Shown here: piece by piece, positions 35,911 through 49,804 of the stretch
Numbering within the stretch: position 1 is the first letter of the stretch
Layout of the letters: each line of letters begins with the position of its first letter
NCBI GenBank assembly: GCA_964106645.2
Contig: OZ067038.1
Strand: one strand, 5' to 3'
DNA length: 64,000 nucleotides
Source: Podarcis pityusensis
Lineage: Eukaryota
The notes under the pieces: generated by a model
What the model was told of the DNA's origin: nothing
The model's database searches: none
What the model saw: the letters and a program-made list of their open reading frames with translations, nothing else
Position numbers and translations under genes: made by a program

Positions 35911-38900
35911 GTATTCATTTATGAACACATTCCATAAAGGCCATTGTGTGCTACAGGATACCTGGGATACAGTACTTCTTAGGACAGCTGTCTATTTGAA
36001 GCCAATTATCTTTCTGGGTACAGAATAGTATAGGAGAAACCTCTATGTGCTGAGTTACAAAAAGCAACAACAATTTTGTGATTCTGCCCAGTTTAAGAAG
36101 GAATGAAAATTAAAAATGACAAGAATATCTCCTTAGTACGTAGTAATCCTTAAGAACTCAAACATCCATGTTTCTGAACATGATTAACCATAAACAAAAT
36201 ATTGAATTTCAGAGTGAGGCTTTAGTGAGATTCACTTTTAAAAACCTACTGGCTTTTTAAAAGAGAGAGAGAGTAAAGATGTTTACCTAGATACTTTCTC
36301 AACACAGTTGAGATTTCCCAGTTTGCTATTTATGATCAAGCTTAAATGATATATTATACTATCACTGCCTTTAGGCAAGAGGTTGAGCAGGGCTAGAAAA
36401 CCCTTTGAAGTCCCCTCCTTTCAATTTGTTTTCCATTTATAATGCAATACACATCACTCAACTATTATATGATTCAGGAAATTTTCACCTCCAGAAAGTT
36501 GCCATGCATTAAATAAGGCTTTGGCTTCAGGTCATTTGCTTATTCGGTTGATTGTGCCGAAATCCTGACCTGTGATGTCCATTGTACTTAGAAACATTAG
36601 ATCACCTTTTTCAGCAAATAGCTCAACAAAGTGCTATACTCTGTATTCTAAAGCTTCAATTGAAATTAAAAGTGGTCTCAAATTTAGCTACATCTGAGTC
36701 CTGAAGACTGTTTTCAGTACCAAGGCTCAACCATGGAACATGAATCAGGATTTTCACAAACATCTCTTGGCAGAGAAACCTTTTATGAAAGGTGGACAAC
36801 TCTCAGTCTCTGCAATCACTTTTTGGTTCTAAAGAGACATTACATATCCTCATTTTTCATAGGGGTTTTGTGCCACAAGGAGTTGTATGCCATGTGGAAA
36901 TTCAACAGGTTTGGTTTTGCTTAACAGAGAGGCAGCAAATGTTCACTTGCTGATTTTCTGCCAATCACACAGCTAATGAAGACACACGTGCTTACTATAA
37001 AATAGAATCTACTTAAGCCACAAAAGGTTTAAGACTAAGGTTACTTTCACAGCTAGAAAAGAGGAACTAGCTCATTTTTAAACTGCAAGCTAGGCTTATC
37101 CTACTCCCAAAATCCATTTTAAAAGCTGTTGTGTGGTGCTGAAACTCTTATTCTATGCCATGTCTTAGGTAGAAACTGTCTTTCTGTGCCTTTACAAATT
37201 TGCTATAAGGCAGACTCTTTTCATACAGCATAGAAGGACCATTGCCAGCCACTATGCAAGAGATTAAAGTGGGTGGAAGACAATCCAGGTCAGAAGGATT
37301 AAGCCCAAGGCACGGACAAAAGGCACATACTGCAGCTACCTTGTTGAAGCTCAGCCAGTCTAGGCCTGAACAGTGCCTGGCTGGGAGACAACTGGGAAAT
37401 CATATACATGCTTTCTTTAGTTCCATGAAACAAATGTAACAATGAAAAATGTTGACATTATAATTTAAACACTAACCATGCATCATTAAATGCAAACATT
37501 CATGAGAATTAAAAGTGTGGACTGCAAGATCCCAGCTGTGTGGGAAGCCTGAAGGAATTCAGCTGGTTGTGTTGAGAGTGCAAGGGAGTAAAGCCTCCAT
37601 ACTCCACCCACAGGTCCATCTATTCATTCCAACCCAACCCATTTCCATTCTGTTTTAAAGATTGCATGCAAAATTTCCATTGCCCAGTGTTATGCAGCAT
37701 TTTGGTGCAGTTTTTATTGACCTTTTCATGAGAGCAACGGAGGTAGAAGCTAGCTGTTTGGCATTACTGGCACAAACTGAAACACCGACTAGAATGCTTC
37801 GGATGTCTGAGAAAGTCAACAGACTACAAAGAGAAATAAAGATCTTATAGCCCAAGACCTTTAGTAAATCATGTATGGGAGGGAAGTGACAGGCGTACTC
37901 CTAGAAGCTTCTTATGCCTTAACCTGTTAAAGTAAGTTTACTCCTGGGAGAGCTCCAAGACTTTGACCTGTTGTGTCGAAAAAAGATCTGGATGTCCCTA
38001 AACACTTCACTGCTGTCAATATTCGACTCCACAGTGAGATCTATCCAAAGCTCTGATTGGAACATGTACTTTACATGGTCTAGCATTTCCTGCTGAGATT
38101 TCGGTGATAGATTTCAGCCAGTTTCCTTTTTAATTGCAGAACAGCTGTTGACTAATTGCTTTTCATTGGTTAACACAGGGAAACCATTGACTGACATAGT
38201 ATGCTGTCATTTACTACTTAGCAGGATGCAACAGAAATTCAGACTGTGGAACTAAGGGACAGCATTCAGAGGGGATAAATACATGAGCTGCTGGAGGAGC
38301 ATAACAAGAACACCATGTCTTCTTGTTTGCAGAAGCCAAAGGCACCTGCCTTGATTATGTGGTAATAGCTAGCTTTAGACAATTTGCACTGCATTGGGAT
38401 CAGGAGGACTAGATGTTACAAACCTAATAGCTGCACTTTCCCCCCCATCTTGGTAGGCATAGATAGATTAAAAGGAAAGAAAGTCCAAACAGAAAAGAGG
38501 AATAATTTGTTAGATTTAAAATTAAATAAAAACTTATTCACACATGCACATACTTTTTTTAAAAAAACCCTCCAACCCTTCTGCCAAACATGTTGCTATG
38601 TTTTCCCTCTGGAGCAAATATCAGCACTGGACAGGGGTGGGCCAGCTGCCATTGGAGAAATGATGCATATATTTGATCTCCCCTCCTCACAGATGACTGT
38701 TCAGAACCATATTTTTTAAAAAGGCCAAAATCTCAGGAGATCAAATCACAACCCTCCCAGTGTCATGTCTACTTTGAACCTCCAATAATCATGAAATATG
38801 AGTTATGGAAGATCTATGGTTATAATCAATACTGATGGTGCACACTACCCACATAGCTCTTTTTCTATATTTATTAGGAGAAGAAAGCAACTCATTACAG

Positions 38901-39328
38901 CTTGAAACACAACTCCTAAATTTTAGTACCATGGACAAGGGGCATCCAAGCCAATGGCCCTGACTAATAAATAACTGCTGTGAATGTGAAGCCAGTACTC
39001 AGCATTGCCACTTGGCAGGTACTTCTTGCCAAGTTATTAGAACACAACAAGCCATACAGTGACTGACAAAGGGCCAGAGATCCTCAATCTCTCTCATTAA
39101 AACCTTTGTCAGCTTCTACCCTCTTTTGCTAAATGAAAGTAGCTTCCACATGGAGTTTAAGCTCTGATTTGCCTTTGCCCAAAACATGAAAAATATACCC
39201 AAATAGCCAGAAAGAGCTAGTATTGATATCTCCATTGCATCTGGTTCAGAAAAGCAGCTAACAGTCACAAAGAGAAGGTATTTGGTTCTCTTTCGCTGTA
39301 TTGCTTAGGATGACATCCGGTGTTAGTC

Positions 39329-39421
39329 TAAGCTTACCAGATTTTTTTCAATGAATCCGGGGACACTTTTCAACTTCAATGGATTTTGTATAGGGACTGG
39401 TTTGTGGAAACGGGGACCTTA
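39329..39421. mobile_element. 93-bp hAT mini-element with perfect 8-bp TSD, nested in a fold-back MITE (about 39305-39512)
   Basis: Termini TAAGCTTACC ... GGGGACCTTA. TGTTAGTC at 39321-39328 and 39422-39429. Confidence 0.8.
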
Positions 39422-39972
39422 TGTTAGTCACACTCAGAGTTAGACTTATTGAAATCACGGTCAGTCCACTGATTCCATAAATCTACTTTGGCTTTATTGG
39501 ATATTGCCCTAAGAATTTTGACTTCCTTTGAACATATATAATAAATAGCCTTTAAGACATCTTGGTTCTATTGCTTTTTACATGGCTTTCAATATTTTCT
39601 TGCATTTTAATTTTTATGCTTTTATTTTTTATTTTTTATTGTTTCTGCATTGTCTTCTTCTATAAACCAGTTGCAGAATTTTGACTGAAGGCATAAATAT
39701 AAATATATATGAATGAAATATGCTGGTTATGAGAGAAAACAAAAAGAGAAGAAAAATGAAATGTTGAAATGAAGGCTTAGAGAATGAGCAGATGAATATC
39801 ACTCCAGTCCATTGCATGAGAGTGAATGTGTGCCAGCCCTCCCTGATGTAATTTCCAAATACAACAATGTGCATATGATACACTGCATACACATCAAAAT
39901 CACTTGGTCAATCTCCTAGGGGAAAATGCTAATTGACTACATAGTTTTGAACTACTTGCCTTGAACTATATA

Positions 39973-40200
39973 GGTTGTATTCAACAAACTTTCTCCATTA
40001 GCACAAGGACTCCTCCCTGTGCAACAGAACTTCCTCTCTCTTTCCACTTCCTGAGCACAATCATCTGCTGGGGGCAACCTATAAAAACCCAACAGGAAAG
40101 ACCTGGAGGGGCACATGGGGCACACAGGGAGAGGTGGAAGCCATCCCATTGTGTAGGTGGATGTCCTTGTGCTAGGGGGACAATTCTGTTGAATACAACC
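39973..40200. mobile_element. MITE with perfect terminal inverted repeats
   Basis: GGTTGTATTCAACA ... TGTTGAATACAACC, plus inner inverted TAGCACAAGGAC / GTCCTTGTGCTA. Confidence 0.75.
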
Positions 40201-42870
40201 AACACTGTGTAGGCCATAATCAAAACAAAACACATCTCTCCTGTGTCTGTCTCTACAGAAGGTGCTGTAACTCTAATGAGTGGCTTCACCTAAAGGCACA
40301 CTCCTCCACTGTCTTCTGACATAGGTGGATGCCAACAATTCAAATCTTTAGTCAACACAGGAAAGGCAGGTGTAGTTAAGCAGGTATGCCAGGTAAATGG
40401 ATGAGGAGGCAGGTGTATACTTGCTTCCCACGGCAAATAGTGAACCCGATAAAGGAGGAAGCATTGTTCAATCAGTCGCATTGTTCAATGCTGTACTAGA
40501 AATTTGGAAGTGGAACACCCAGGACAGAGTGAGATGTGGACTGCACAAGATCTTTGTGGTATTTCCATGAACAAATAATGCAAATTATCTTCTGGTGTTG
40601 ACATTATCGGAGTCTGATGGATGATTACTTGTCCCTTTTCCTTTTCAGCTGTCATTTTAAAACTTTCTATAGTTCTGGGAAAACTCAAATATTTTGAAAC
40701 AAATGGTCAAATGTCAATTAATTATATCTTTTTCCCCTTTATGAAAATTATGGTGTAAATATTTTTGTCGCATGCAGCTTGCTCAAATATAAATAAAAAT
40801 AGAAAAATGAGATTGGCTGAGCAAATGACAGCATTTACTTGACCAGAAGCCATTGGAAATAATAATGTATACATTTATGTTTGTTTGCTTGTAGATATAT
40901 AAACTAAAGCTCGAATGCCCCAAGTTCCACTATACCTGCTTTAACTCTATGTTCACAAGGTAGTAATTGTAATAATACCAATATTTGTCTGTGAACAGGC
41001 AAAGTCTAAAATAATAATTAATTTGTGAAAGGTGTGATACATCTTTTATTATGTTTTACAGATAGCACATGCTGTTTTAATCTATAGAAGAGGAGAATTA
41101 GAGTCTCATTCCTTGTTGATGTGAGAGGGAACTTTGCAGTATCTCGGGTGCTTAATCCCAAGAGAGCACAAAACACATGGCTATGTGTACACAATTAATA
41201 TAAATAGAATGTGTATTATTATAAAATTGCATTACTAAATGAATTAAGGGCACCCTACTTGCTTTTTTCTCGCCCCTTATGAATTTCTTCTGCAGAAAAA
41301 GTAAAAAGCCCACATTTCCCATGGATTTCCCCTAAAATATTTATATGCCTTTGGGTCTACTGTACTGTCTCACTCCTCTATTTGCCTGGTAGAGTTAAGC
41401 ACCTGGGCTGTCCAAACAGACTTACTACAGATGCAATAATAAGCAAATTATAAGGATTTTAAAAACAGGGATCAGGCAAAGGAAGACATCCTGCTCTGGC
41501 CAGTTCTGACTGTCATAATCTGCTGTCAATTGATGGACAATGGACTCTACTCAAGGTAGATTAAAGGGGGGAAAGCATATATTTTGTTAGTAGCTTTAGT
41601 TCTGTCGATGATCATTTCTCACAGGAGAGTTCCCAGCTTAATTGGACTTCTGCGGTAATCTTTAAAATGCTCAACCCACCAGCCCCTCTTTAGAGCATTC
41701 AACAAAAGCATAAGGCACTTTCCACCAGCTTGACAATGAAGGTGTTTTGCTTTGATAGGCTTACAACTCAGCAAGAAGCCATCTGCAGACTGGGAGGACA
41801 CAAGGAAGAGGCTGATTAGCAATTCTGGGCAGGTTTTATCTGTCCTCCCTCCCCCTCCTTCCCTCCCCCTCCTCATTCCCCAAGGATATGAACTCCATAT
41901 TCAAGCAGCCTGGGGTCTTCAGACAGAGAAATGCACATGATTTGTATTTGGTATTAAGCCAAAACAGAACTCCCAACATCATAGCAGCTGGGACTGGCCC
42001 CAGAGACAGGCCAGACCTGATAAGGGATACAGAAGGTCCCATAATTCATTTCACCTGCAGAAGCATCAACAGGGGAGGTTAAATGTGTCACTCCATCACT
42101 GAGAGACATTGGGAGGGGGGAGACATAATTCATCCTGTCAGCAACCCACCTCCCTTTGTCATACTGCAGCTGGGGGGAGGGGAATGGGGAAGATTTCACA
42201 TAAGCATATGAACAACTCAGTGGGGCATTCATTGGCCTTGAGTTTCCCTTCTAATGCATCTATTAATTGTGAGCACCTGCCTTTCCCCCTTTGTTTGGTC
42301 CTCTTCACTCTGTTTCATCCTTTTTCAAGTAGAAAGAGCCAGATTCTGGAAGCATTACTCAGCCAAGGCTTGTCTGCCTTGAAGCATGTCTGTGCAAGAG
42401 CTTCTCATGCTTTCAGGAAAGAGTTGTTATTATTAACTGCTCCTTAGCTAAAGCTCTAGAATGCATATAGGGGATTGTACAGATGACACAAAGAAGTTCA
42501 GGAGAAATCTATCCCAAGAAGAAAAATGATGCAGCAGAGGACATGCCTGTGACAGGATCACACATTAGATAAGGTAAACATTAGATAAACCACAAGATGA
42601 CTAATATGGACTAATAGCATCTCCTTTTCATGGAAAGCCCCATCCAAATATTTGTTCCACCCTGTGATTTGTCCTTTGTGGGGCATGGAGGCACCAATGC
42701 AAACAGTGAACTCCAATTTAATAGGTGTAAGTAGCAAATAGTCAGATGAAAGGAACACATACATAAAGTAGTTTTGATCCCTTTACCAAAGCAAGTTTGG
42801 GGTCCTGCACATATTTGACATAAATCTATGGGACCTAGGGGCCCAAAGATTCCTGGATTATAATGAAGTA

Positions 42871-43111
42871 CAGTGGTACCTCGGGTTATAGATGCTTCGG
42901 GTTACAGACGCTTCGGGTTACAAACTCTGTTAACCAGGAAGTGGTTGCTCCAGGTTAAGAACTTTGCCCCAGGATAAGAAGGAAATCACATGCCAGCAGC
43001 GCAGAGGCAGCAGGAGGCCCCATTAGCAAACACACGCTTCAGGTTAAGAACCATTTCAGGTTAAGAATGGACCTCTGGAATGAATTAAGTTCTTAAACCG
43101 AGGTACCACTG
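42871..43111 (+). mobile_element. Tc1/mariner (Tigger/pogo-like) MITE
   Basis: TA|CAGTGGTACCTCGG ... CCGAGGTACCACTG|TA: TIRs plus TA TSD. Same family as 49805 and 52699. Confidence 0.92.
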
Positions 43112-43284
43112 TATTGTATAAAATGCCTGAGATCTGATCATCTGCATAACATCCAACCAGTTTATGTTGCAGATCACTGTGAGCTGATTGGTCTATCCAA
43201 TCTCTACTCCAGTGGGCCAAGACTGGTCCTGTTAACTCATGAAATTTGATGTCTCCTTGGTGCATAAATTGCTGGTGTAATGCA

Positions 43285-43740
43285 CATGTTGCCAAGAATA
43301 ATCCAGGTCCCTGATTTTAATCCCTTCTTGCTCACCTACATGGGAATAAATGACACTGCCAAATATAACAATGACCGAAGCACTTTGAACTACAAAGCTG
43401 TGGGGAGGAAAGTGAAGGACTTTGGCACACAGGTGGTGTTCTCATCATTCTTCCTGTAAAAAGGTAGAAGACTACAAAGAGAGAGAAGAATACAGGTAGA
43501 GTTTATTTTCTGCCGGAACTTGCCAGAACTCAGTTGTAGCACCTCTCAGGTGGGTTCTGTTGCCATTCTATGAGGACAAGGGAGGTGTTCATGGTGAGTT
43601 CTTGCACCTCTTTTTCTAGAGAAATAGCACAGAATACAGGTGAATGACTGGCTATGCAAGTGGTGGTGTTGAGAGGAGTTTGGTTTCTGGGACCATGTTC
43701 TAAGCTCCTTTGGTGGCAGAAGATGGGTTGCACATCACGA
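43285..43740 (+). mobile_element. CR1 LINE ORF1 (SGNH esterase-like domain) remnant, split by a hAT MITE
   Basis: Reads LPRIIQVPDFNPFLLTYMGINDTAK...YKAVGRKVKDFGTQVVFSS.LPVKGRRLQRERRIQ|VNDWLCKW..EEFGFWDH...AEDGLHIT, versus CR1 ORF1 YPFLLIHVGTND...GAQVVFSSILPV...VN.WLRRWC..EGFGF.DHG...DGLHLT. Confidence 0.85.
43497..43632. mobile_element. hAT MITE (136 bp) with perfect 8-bp TSD
   Basis: AATACAGG at 43489-43496 and 43633-43640. Degenerate termini TAGAGTTTATTTTCT ... AGAGAAATAGCACAG. Confidence 0.85.
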
Positions 43741-44799
43741 GACTCCCAGATGGCTTCAATGAAGCCCCTTAGTTCATCAACCTCTGGTGCATCATTGGAT
43801 CACCATCCCTCCTCCATCACAAACACCAAATCCAAAGTATGACAACATGTTTAGGGTTGATGACATATTGGGACAGTCCTGAGCTGCTCCTAATGGGGAT
43901 TTTTGAGGGGTTCCCGGCATCAAGTCTAAGACTGTTGGACTACAGGACTACATGGCTGCTGGTATACTGACAAAATTCCCAGTCAGTCCCTAAAACTCAG
44001 CGTTGGATACACTTGAATCTAGGTCCAGAAGCTGTGGAAGCATGAATGAATGGAGGAGAAAAACAGAATTAAGAAGTACAAATAGGATGAAATGCAAAGG
44101 TGAGCTCCTCTCACTGTTCAAAGCACACACAAAAAACCCTGTCCATCTTTTTCTGAATATAATGGGTAAAAAAAAAAAAAAAAAAATTATTCTAGAAGCA
44201 GATGCTACTAATACCCTGGTTTTTCAGTTGCATAATTCATAAAGCTTCAGAAAGAAGAATACAAAGTTTGAGAGTCCATAAGCTAAATGGAATGCTTACT
44301 ATCTTTAACACACACACCTAACTGCAAAAACAACCAAAAGACAGGTGCAGAATTCAGACGTTGAACCCCTCTATAAATAACAAGTATTAACAGATGCTCT
44401 ATTTCAGCTTTTGCTCCCACCTGTGTAAATATTCACATACTCATAAACTGCCACAAGCTAATTTTATTTTATTCTAGAGATCAAGGTCCTAAGGAAAAAT
44501 ATCTAATTCATTCATCACCTTAAACTTTTCAACAAGAGGAAGAATTTGTTTGGGTGCTTTTGGTATACTGCCAAAGATAAAACAGCACCTCATTGGGAAC
44601 TATTAAATAAACAAAAATGTTGTAAGAATAAATATTTGATGGCTGCAGGCTGCATCGTTGACACATTTGCACTGCAATTTTGCCTCTGGTCTGAGGAGGT
44701 AGGAGTCTTGGGTCTATGACAATCTGTTCTGCTTTGCGGCAGGTGTAATTCCAAACCTTATGGACAACTGAAGGATGTGCCAAACAGATTACTAAAACG

Positions 44800-45068
44800 A
44801 AACTGTTATTTTTGCTTTGGATGGATGCTGCATGTTGTTTATGTAGTCATGGTATATTTATAGTATTGAAATGTGGGGTTTTTGTATGCTATTATATTTG
44901 CTATGTTATAATGAAATAGTTACTATGTTATTGTTTTGCTATGTTATGAAATTATTTTTGTAGCGTTTGAAATGCATTCCTGTTTTCTTTGTGGGAAGCC
45001 GCATTGGTCATGATTTGTGTGTGAGAAATGGCATATAAATAAAATGAATGAATGAATAAATAAATGAA
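44800..45068 (+). mobile_element. L2-type 3'UTR and tail
   Basis: T-rich tract, then GGGAAGCCGCATTGG...GGCATATAAATAAA and a (TGAA/TAAA)n tail. Confidence 0.5.
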
Positions 45069-47143
45069 TTACAGCTCTATATGCAAAATTCTGTAACATT
45101 TGCAAGAAAGCAACATATCATCGAAATACAAACCCCCAGCGCCTTCCTTCCTGTCCTGGAGACCTAACCAAGGTTTGGAAATCTCATTCTTTTCTCTACA
45201 GAGAAGGCTAGGGGCTGCCAGAGAAACTCAGGCCTGTGGATCTAAAAGAAAACCTTGCCTGATTGGGTTCTCCTTTACTCATCAGTGCTTGGCTGCCTCC
45301 CAGAGACACAATAACTGCACTTTCCCCACTTGAAGCTCACTGAATGCGTTGGTTTTTTTAAGCATGCATTTAATTTGACACAATCTTTTATGTTTCACAC
45401 TGAGTGACACTTTTACTTGTTAGTGGTCATTAATTGTTTGAGTATTTATGCAGGAATGTATGATTTGATGGTGGCCATAAAGTGCTTGGGTGGGTGGACA
45501 GGCAGAGGTGGCATTGTTTGCCATGAAAAAATATTATGGGTTAACTCACTCCCTTATCTAAATTCCTCCATGTCTGCTTCTGCCATTATATATATATATA
45601 TATTTTAAAAAAAAACCTATGGGAGAAGAGAACACACAACTCCCACCATCATTTGAAGCAAGAATTAACAGATGTATAATTATATGGTTAGGTGGTTCCA
45701 ATCGTGTGTTTTTTATTGCTGTATTTTAGTTATTTTAGGTATTTTATATCTTCATGTTTGAAAACCGCTTTGACTATACAGCGAAAAGTCGCATGTGAAT
45801 GTTTTAATAAATCAATTGATCAGGATACACAGACACATTAGAAAACTTATACTTCCTCAGGCACTCTAGATCTTCTAATCCTACTGGGTTTTTTATATAG
45901 TTTTTATGTTAAACTACTTTTCTGCTTTGCTTTTACTGTGCTTTATATTGATTTTTTTATGTTTTACTATTTTAATGTATATGCAAGCTGCTTTGGAGCT
46001 CTAAGAAGCTCTCTCACTCGCCCACACACATACACAGTTCAGATATTCAGATGCTATGCTTTTTCCAGTCAGAACATCAATCCCACAAATGTTTGGGGTT
46101 TTTTAATGTCTGGATACTTGTAATAACTGCCCTGATCCAGTGAAACTGATAAAAAAGAGCAGACACTGATCTCTACATATGAATTGTTTCCACTGTTATT
46201 GCAAAATGCTGTTGAAAGGGGTGAAAACCACAACCAGCATTCAGCGTGTGTGTACCATTCAGAGTCCACTTCTGTACCATGCCCACAATGCCTAACAGAT
46301 TTTGATTATTACTCATCATGTCTTAGGTGGGGGGAGGGTCCTGAGCTCCACAAGCAAAGCAGTAGGCAAGCAGATTCTTGCTGACATCTCAGTTCCCTTA
46401 ATTAGGACTAGTACTTGAGATTGGTTTCTTGTTAGTCTAGAATTAAACTAGAGAAGTCTAAATTATTCAGCTGTTGGCAAGCAACTTGCACACATCCATA
46501 TCCTCAGTTATTTTCTAAACAGATGTGATCCCTGTCTAGAAGAAGATTCACTCAAATTGACCCTTGAAAAAGTAGTGCAATGTATTATTTGTGTCCATAT
46601 GGGACCAGATTCATAACTACTACTGACACATTTAAGTCTTTGCACTGATCTGAATGAGAAAATCAACTAGTTTCAAATTTGTTTCTCAAACAACTTTGAA
46701 TGTTTTGCTTTAAGCGACAGGCTGATGACTGCTTACAAAACAGAATACTCAATTCCCTTTTTAAAAGGGGGACTGGACTAGAGACACACACTAAGATCAT
46801 TCCTATCAGAAGCAGGTAAGCAGGAGGGAGGCTGAAGTGAGTGCTTGGTCTAAGCTCAAACTTGAATCCATCATTTTTGAGAAAACTATGGACTCAGAGT
46901 CCACTCATATGACCAAAATGCCATGTTGAAAATGTAAGAAAACAAAAAGACCATCATAAAAGAGGTATCCCATGTACTAAACTATAATATGATCGAACAT
47001 AAAGCACTAATGTAAACAAACATATGTGTATTAAATTGCCATACTACCATCAACAATAAAAAATACAGTGAAATGTGAAACACATATGAACATGTACCTA
47101 ATATACAATGACACTGATACAGAGCTATATTGTATTTCAGGAG

Positions 47144-47532
47144 AGGTAAAGGTAAAAAGGTAAAGGACCCTTGGACGGTTACGTCCAGTCAAAGGTGACT
47201 ATGGGGTGTGGCACTCATCTTGCTTCAGGCCGAGGGAGCTGGCGTTTGTCCACAGACAGCTTTCCCCTGGGCCATGTGGCCAGCATAACTAAACCACTTC
47301 TGATGCAATGGAACACCATGATGCAAGCCAGAGCACACAAAAATGCTGTTTATCTTCCCACCACAGTGGTATATATTTATCTGCTTGCCCTGGTGTGCTT
47401 TTGAACTGCTAGATTGACAGAAGCTGGGACAGAACAACAGGAGCTCACCCTGTCATGTGGATTGAAACCGCTGACCTTCCGATCAGCAAGCCCAAGAGGC
47501 TCAGTGGTTTAGACCACAGCACCACCCGCTCC
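47144..47532 (-). mobile_element. Full-length Sauria SINE
   Basis: (AAAGGT)n is the reverse of the (ACCTTT)n tail. Body ...GGCCGAGGGAGCTGGCGTTTGTCC...CATGTGGCCAGCAT.... The tRNA-like head on the minus strand is GGAGCGGGTGGTGCTGTGGTCTAAACCAC...GGTTTCAATCC. Confidence 0.92.
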
Positions 47533-47752
47533 GTGGTATATGCTGGAAGAGAGTGTACATATTAGATCAGTGTTCTTCTATTTGAAGTTCTGAAATATAC
47601 CACAGTGAGGCAAGTCACACATGAATCCTTGATGATAGCACCCACCATCTAGAATGCCCTCCTTTGAAAAGCTTGTGAGGCAGAGACAATAATGACTTTT
47701 AAGACTGACATGTTTATTCAAACTTTCATGGACTCTTTTAGTACCCTGCTTA

Positions 47753-47818
<66 letters not shown>
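47753..47818. repeat. Compound (GT)n(GA)n microsatellite inside an old L2 3' remnant
   Basis: About 10 GT units followed by about 23 GA units. Confidence 0.95.
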
Positions 47819-47821
<3 letters not shown>

Positions 47822-49149
47822 GCATTTTATGTTTATCTCAGTTTTGTCTAGTTTTCATGAAATTTTACTGAATGCTGTATTTTTATTGATTTTATGTGAA
47901 CCACTTAGAGATTTTATTATATACATCAGGATATGAACAAAATAAATAAATAATGGGTGGGTGGATCTCCATCCGCACAACACAGACAATTCTACCCAAG
48001 ATACAGAGATATTCTGAGGGTTAAAACACATTAAGTTAAAATGCTTCAATAGATATTATAGTGATGAGGCCTACAGAGAATCAACAACTGAATCAGCACA
48101 GCATTTATCTGACTTCGTGTAAAGCCCATCTACAGTGTGTGAGTCAGTACAGCCCTCAAGACCTTCTTTGCTCTAGCACTGAAAAGCAATAAAAGCTTCA
48201 AAACTGTATTAATTTTTTCCACCTGAAAGAGTTTTGTGGTTTTTTTAAGGAAAAGAAAAGAAAAGGAGGCAGCCTGCATCCACACAGGCCCAAGAGCAGA
48301 TTTTAAACACCCAGTAGGACTGCCTGTCTGTCAGGAAGTCAAACCTTCCCTTTTGCCATCCATCACAACTGTTGAACCATAGTATCTTTTGGAGTCAAGT
48401 GCAACCCCACTGAAGCAGACTGACACTATTTCTGGTGCTCTGAAGCTTGTCATTTATTTGATTCCCCAGGCCCCCACCCCTGGCTCCCTTTTTATTACTG
48501 TCACAGCAAAAGCTCACACAGACACATGGTTCCAGGGAAGAAAAGCCGCATCACCTGCATTGGCTCAAACTGCTCATTATGCCACTATATTTACTATTTA
48601 TGGCACACCATGTGCCACTCAAAGCAATCAACATCAGAGACCATCCATGTGTGTAAGCTACTCTAGGAAAACACAAGGGAGAAAGGGTCATTGCCCCAAA
48701 CCCTGTCCCAGATGCAAAGAACAATAGAGGGAAGAATGGAGGAGGGAGGGGGAAAGGCAAAATATGATTTTTGTTGCAAGAAGCACGCAAAGTTACACAC
48801 ACCAGCTGTTTTGAATCAGCTAGGTGGCTTCCACCTTAAATATTTTATTTGCTTATTTATTACATTTTTAGTGTTGTTTGTTTGTTTGTTTGTTGACTTT
48901 GTATACCGCCCTTCATCCATAGATCTCAGGACTTACGCTCACAACATAAAATTACAATATAAAATACAATAAAAATATCACAAAATACATAATAAAATTA
49001 ACAACAGCAAAGCAATAATCTCCGCTCCCAGGACTTAGACAAGGGAGACAGATTTAGATCTCCACTTAGCCATGAAGCTTATGAGTGGTTGAGGCCAACA
49101 TACCTCTCAAGGCTGTGGCTAGCATGAAATAAAGGTAGCATGGCTCCCC

Positions 49150-49292
49150 TCCCCATTTTTATCCTCACAACAACCCTGTGAGGTAGGTTAGGAGGAGAGA
49201 CTGTGATTATGAGCTTTATGGCCGAGTGGAGATTTGAACCCCGGCCTGCCCAGTTCCTAGTCCAGCACTCTAACTACTACACCACACTGGCT
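49150..49292 (-). mobile_element. CORE-type tRNA SINE
   Basis: ATCCTCACAACAACCCTGTGAGGTAGGTTAGG (reverse CORE), GGAGATTTGAACCC (reverse B box) and CTACTACACCACACTGGCT (reverse head). Confidence 0.8.
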
Positions 49293-49804
49293 TTTCATAT
49301 AACTATGGGAGGTTATAAAAGATACTCTAGCTGTTGTGCAATGGCAGCGGCTACCTTGCAGTCAATACAAAATATGGAGAAGGCCGCAGCCAACAATTAT
49401 TCATTGACTATTTATTTATTTTAGTATACTTTAGTGTCCGTTCAACTTCATCTTACAATCTCGGGGCAGGTTGCAAATCAATTAAAATACAAGCAACCTA
49501 GGAAACAGACAGAGCCGATAAAACATGCCTACAGTCAACTGACGATGAATCTTAGAAACATCTCACAGAGCTAGCAGAACAATGAGATCCAGATCCAGGT
49601 TAGTGTAAATGGATAGGGATCTTGAAAAAGGGACTCTTAGCAGCAAGAGCCTAACTCTTTACTAATGTGACAGTTTCCCAGAGGCAGTAAGTGCGGGCTG
49701 GCCCCTGCTGCTGCACAACAACACCACCAGCACAGATGGCCAGAGGGTGGCACTGCAGCTACAAATGAACATAAATATATAAAGATAGCTGAAATGATAC
49801 AATA

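Noticed and set aside
47455-47532. tRNA-like A/B boxes (also about 5090, 24405-24470, 49230, 51255)
   Set aside because: These are SINE heads attached to SINE bodies, with no full cloverleaf. Not tRNA genes.
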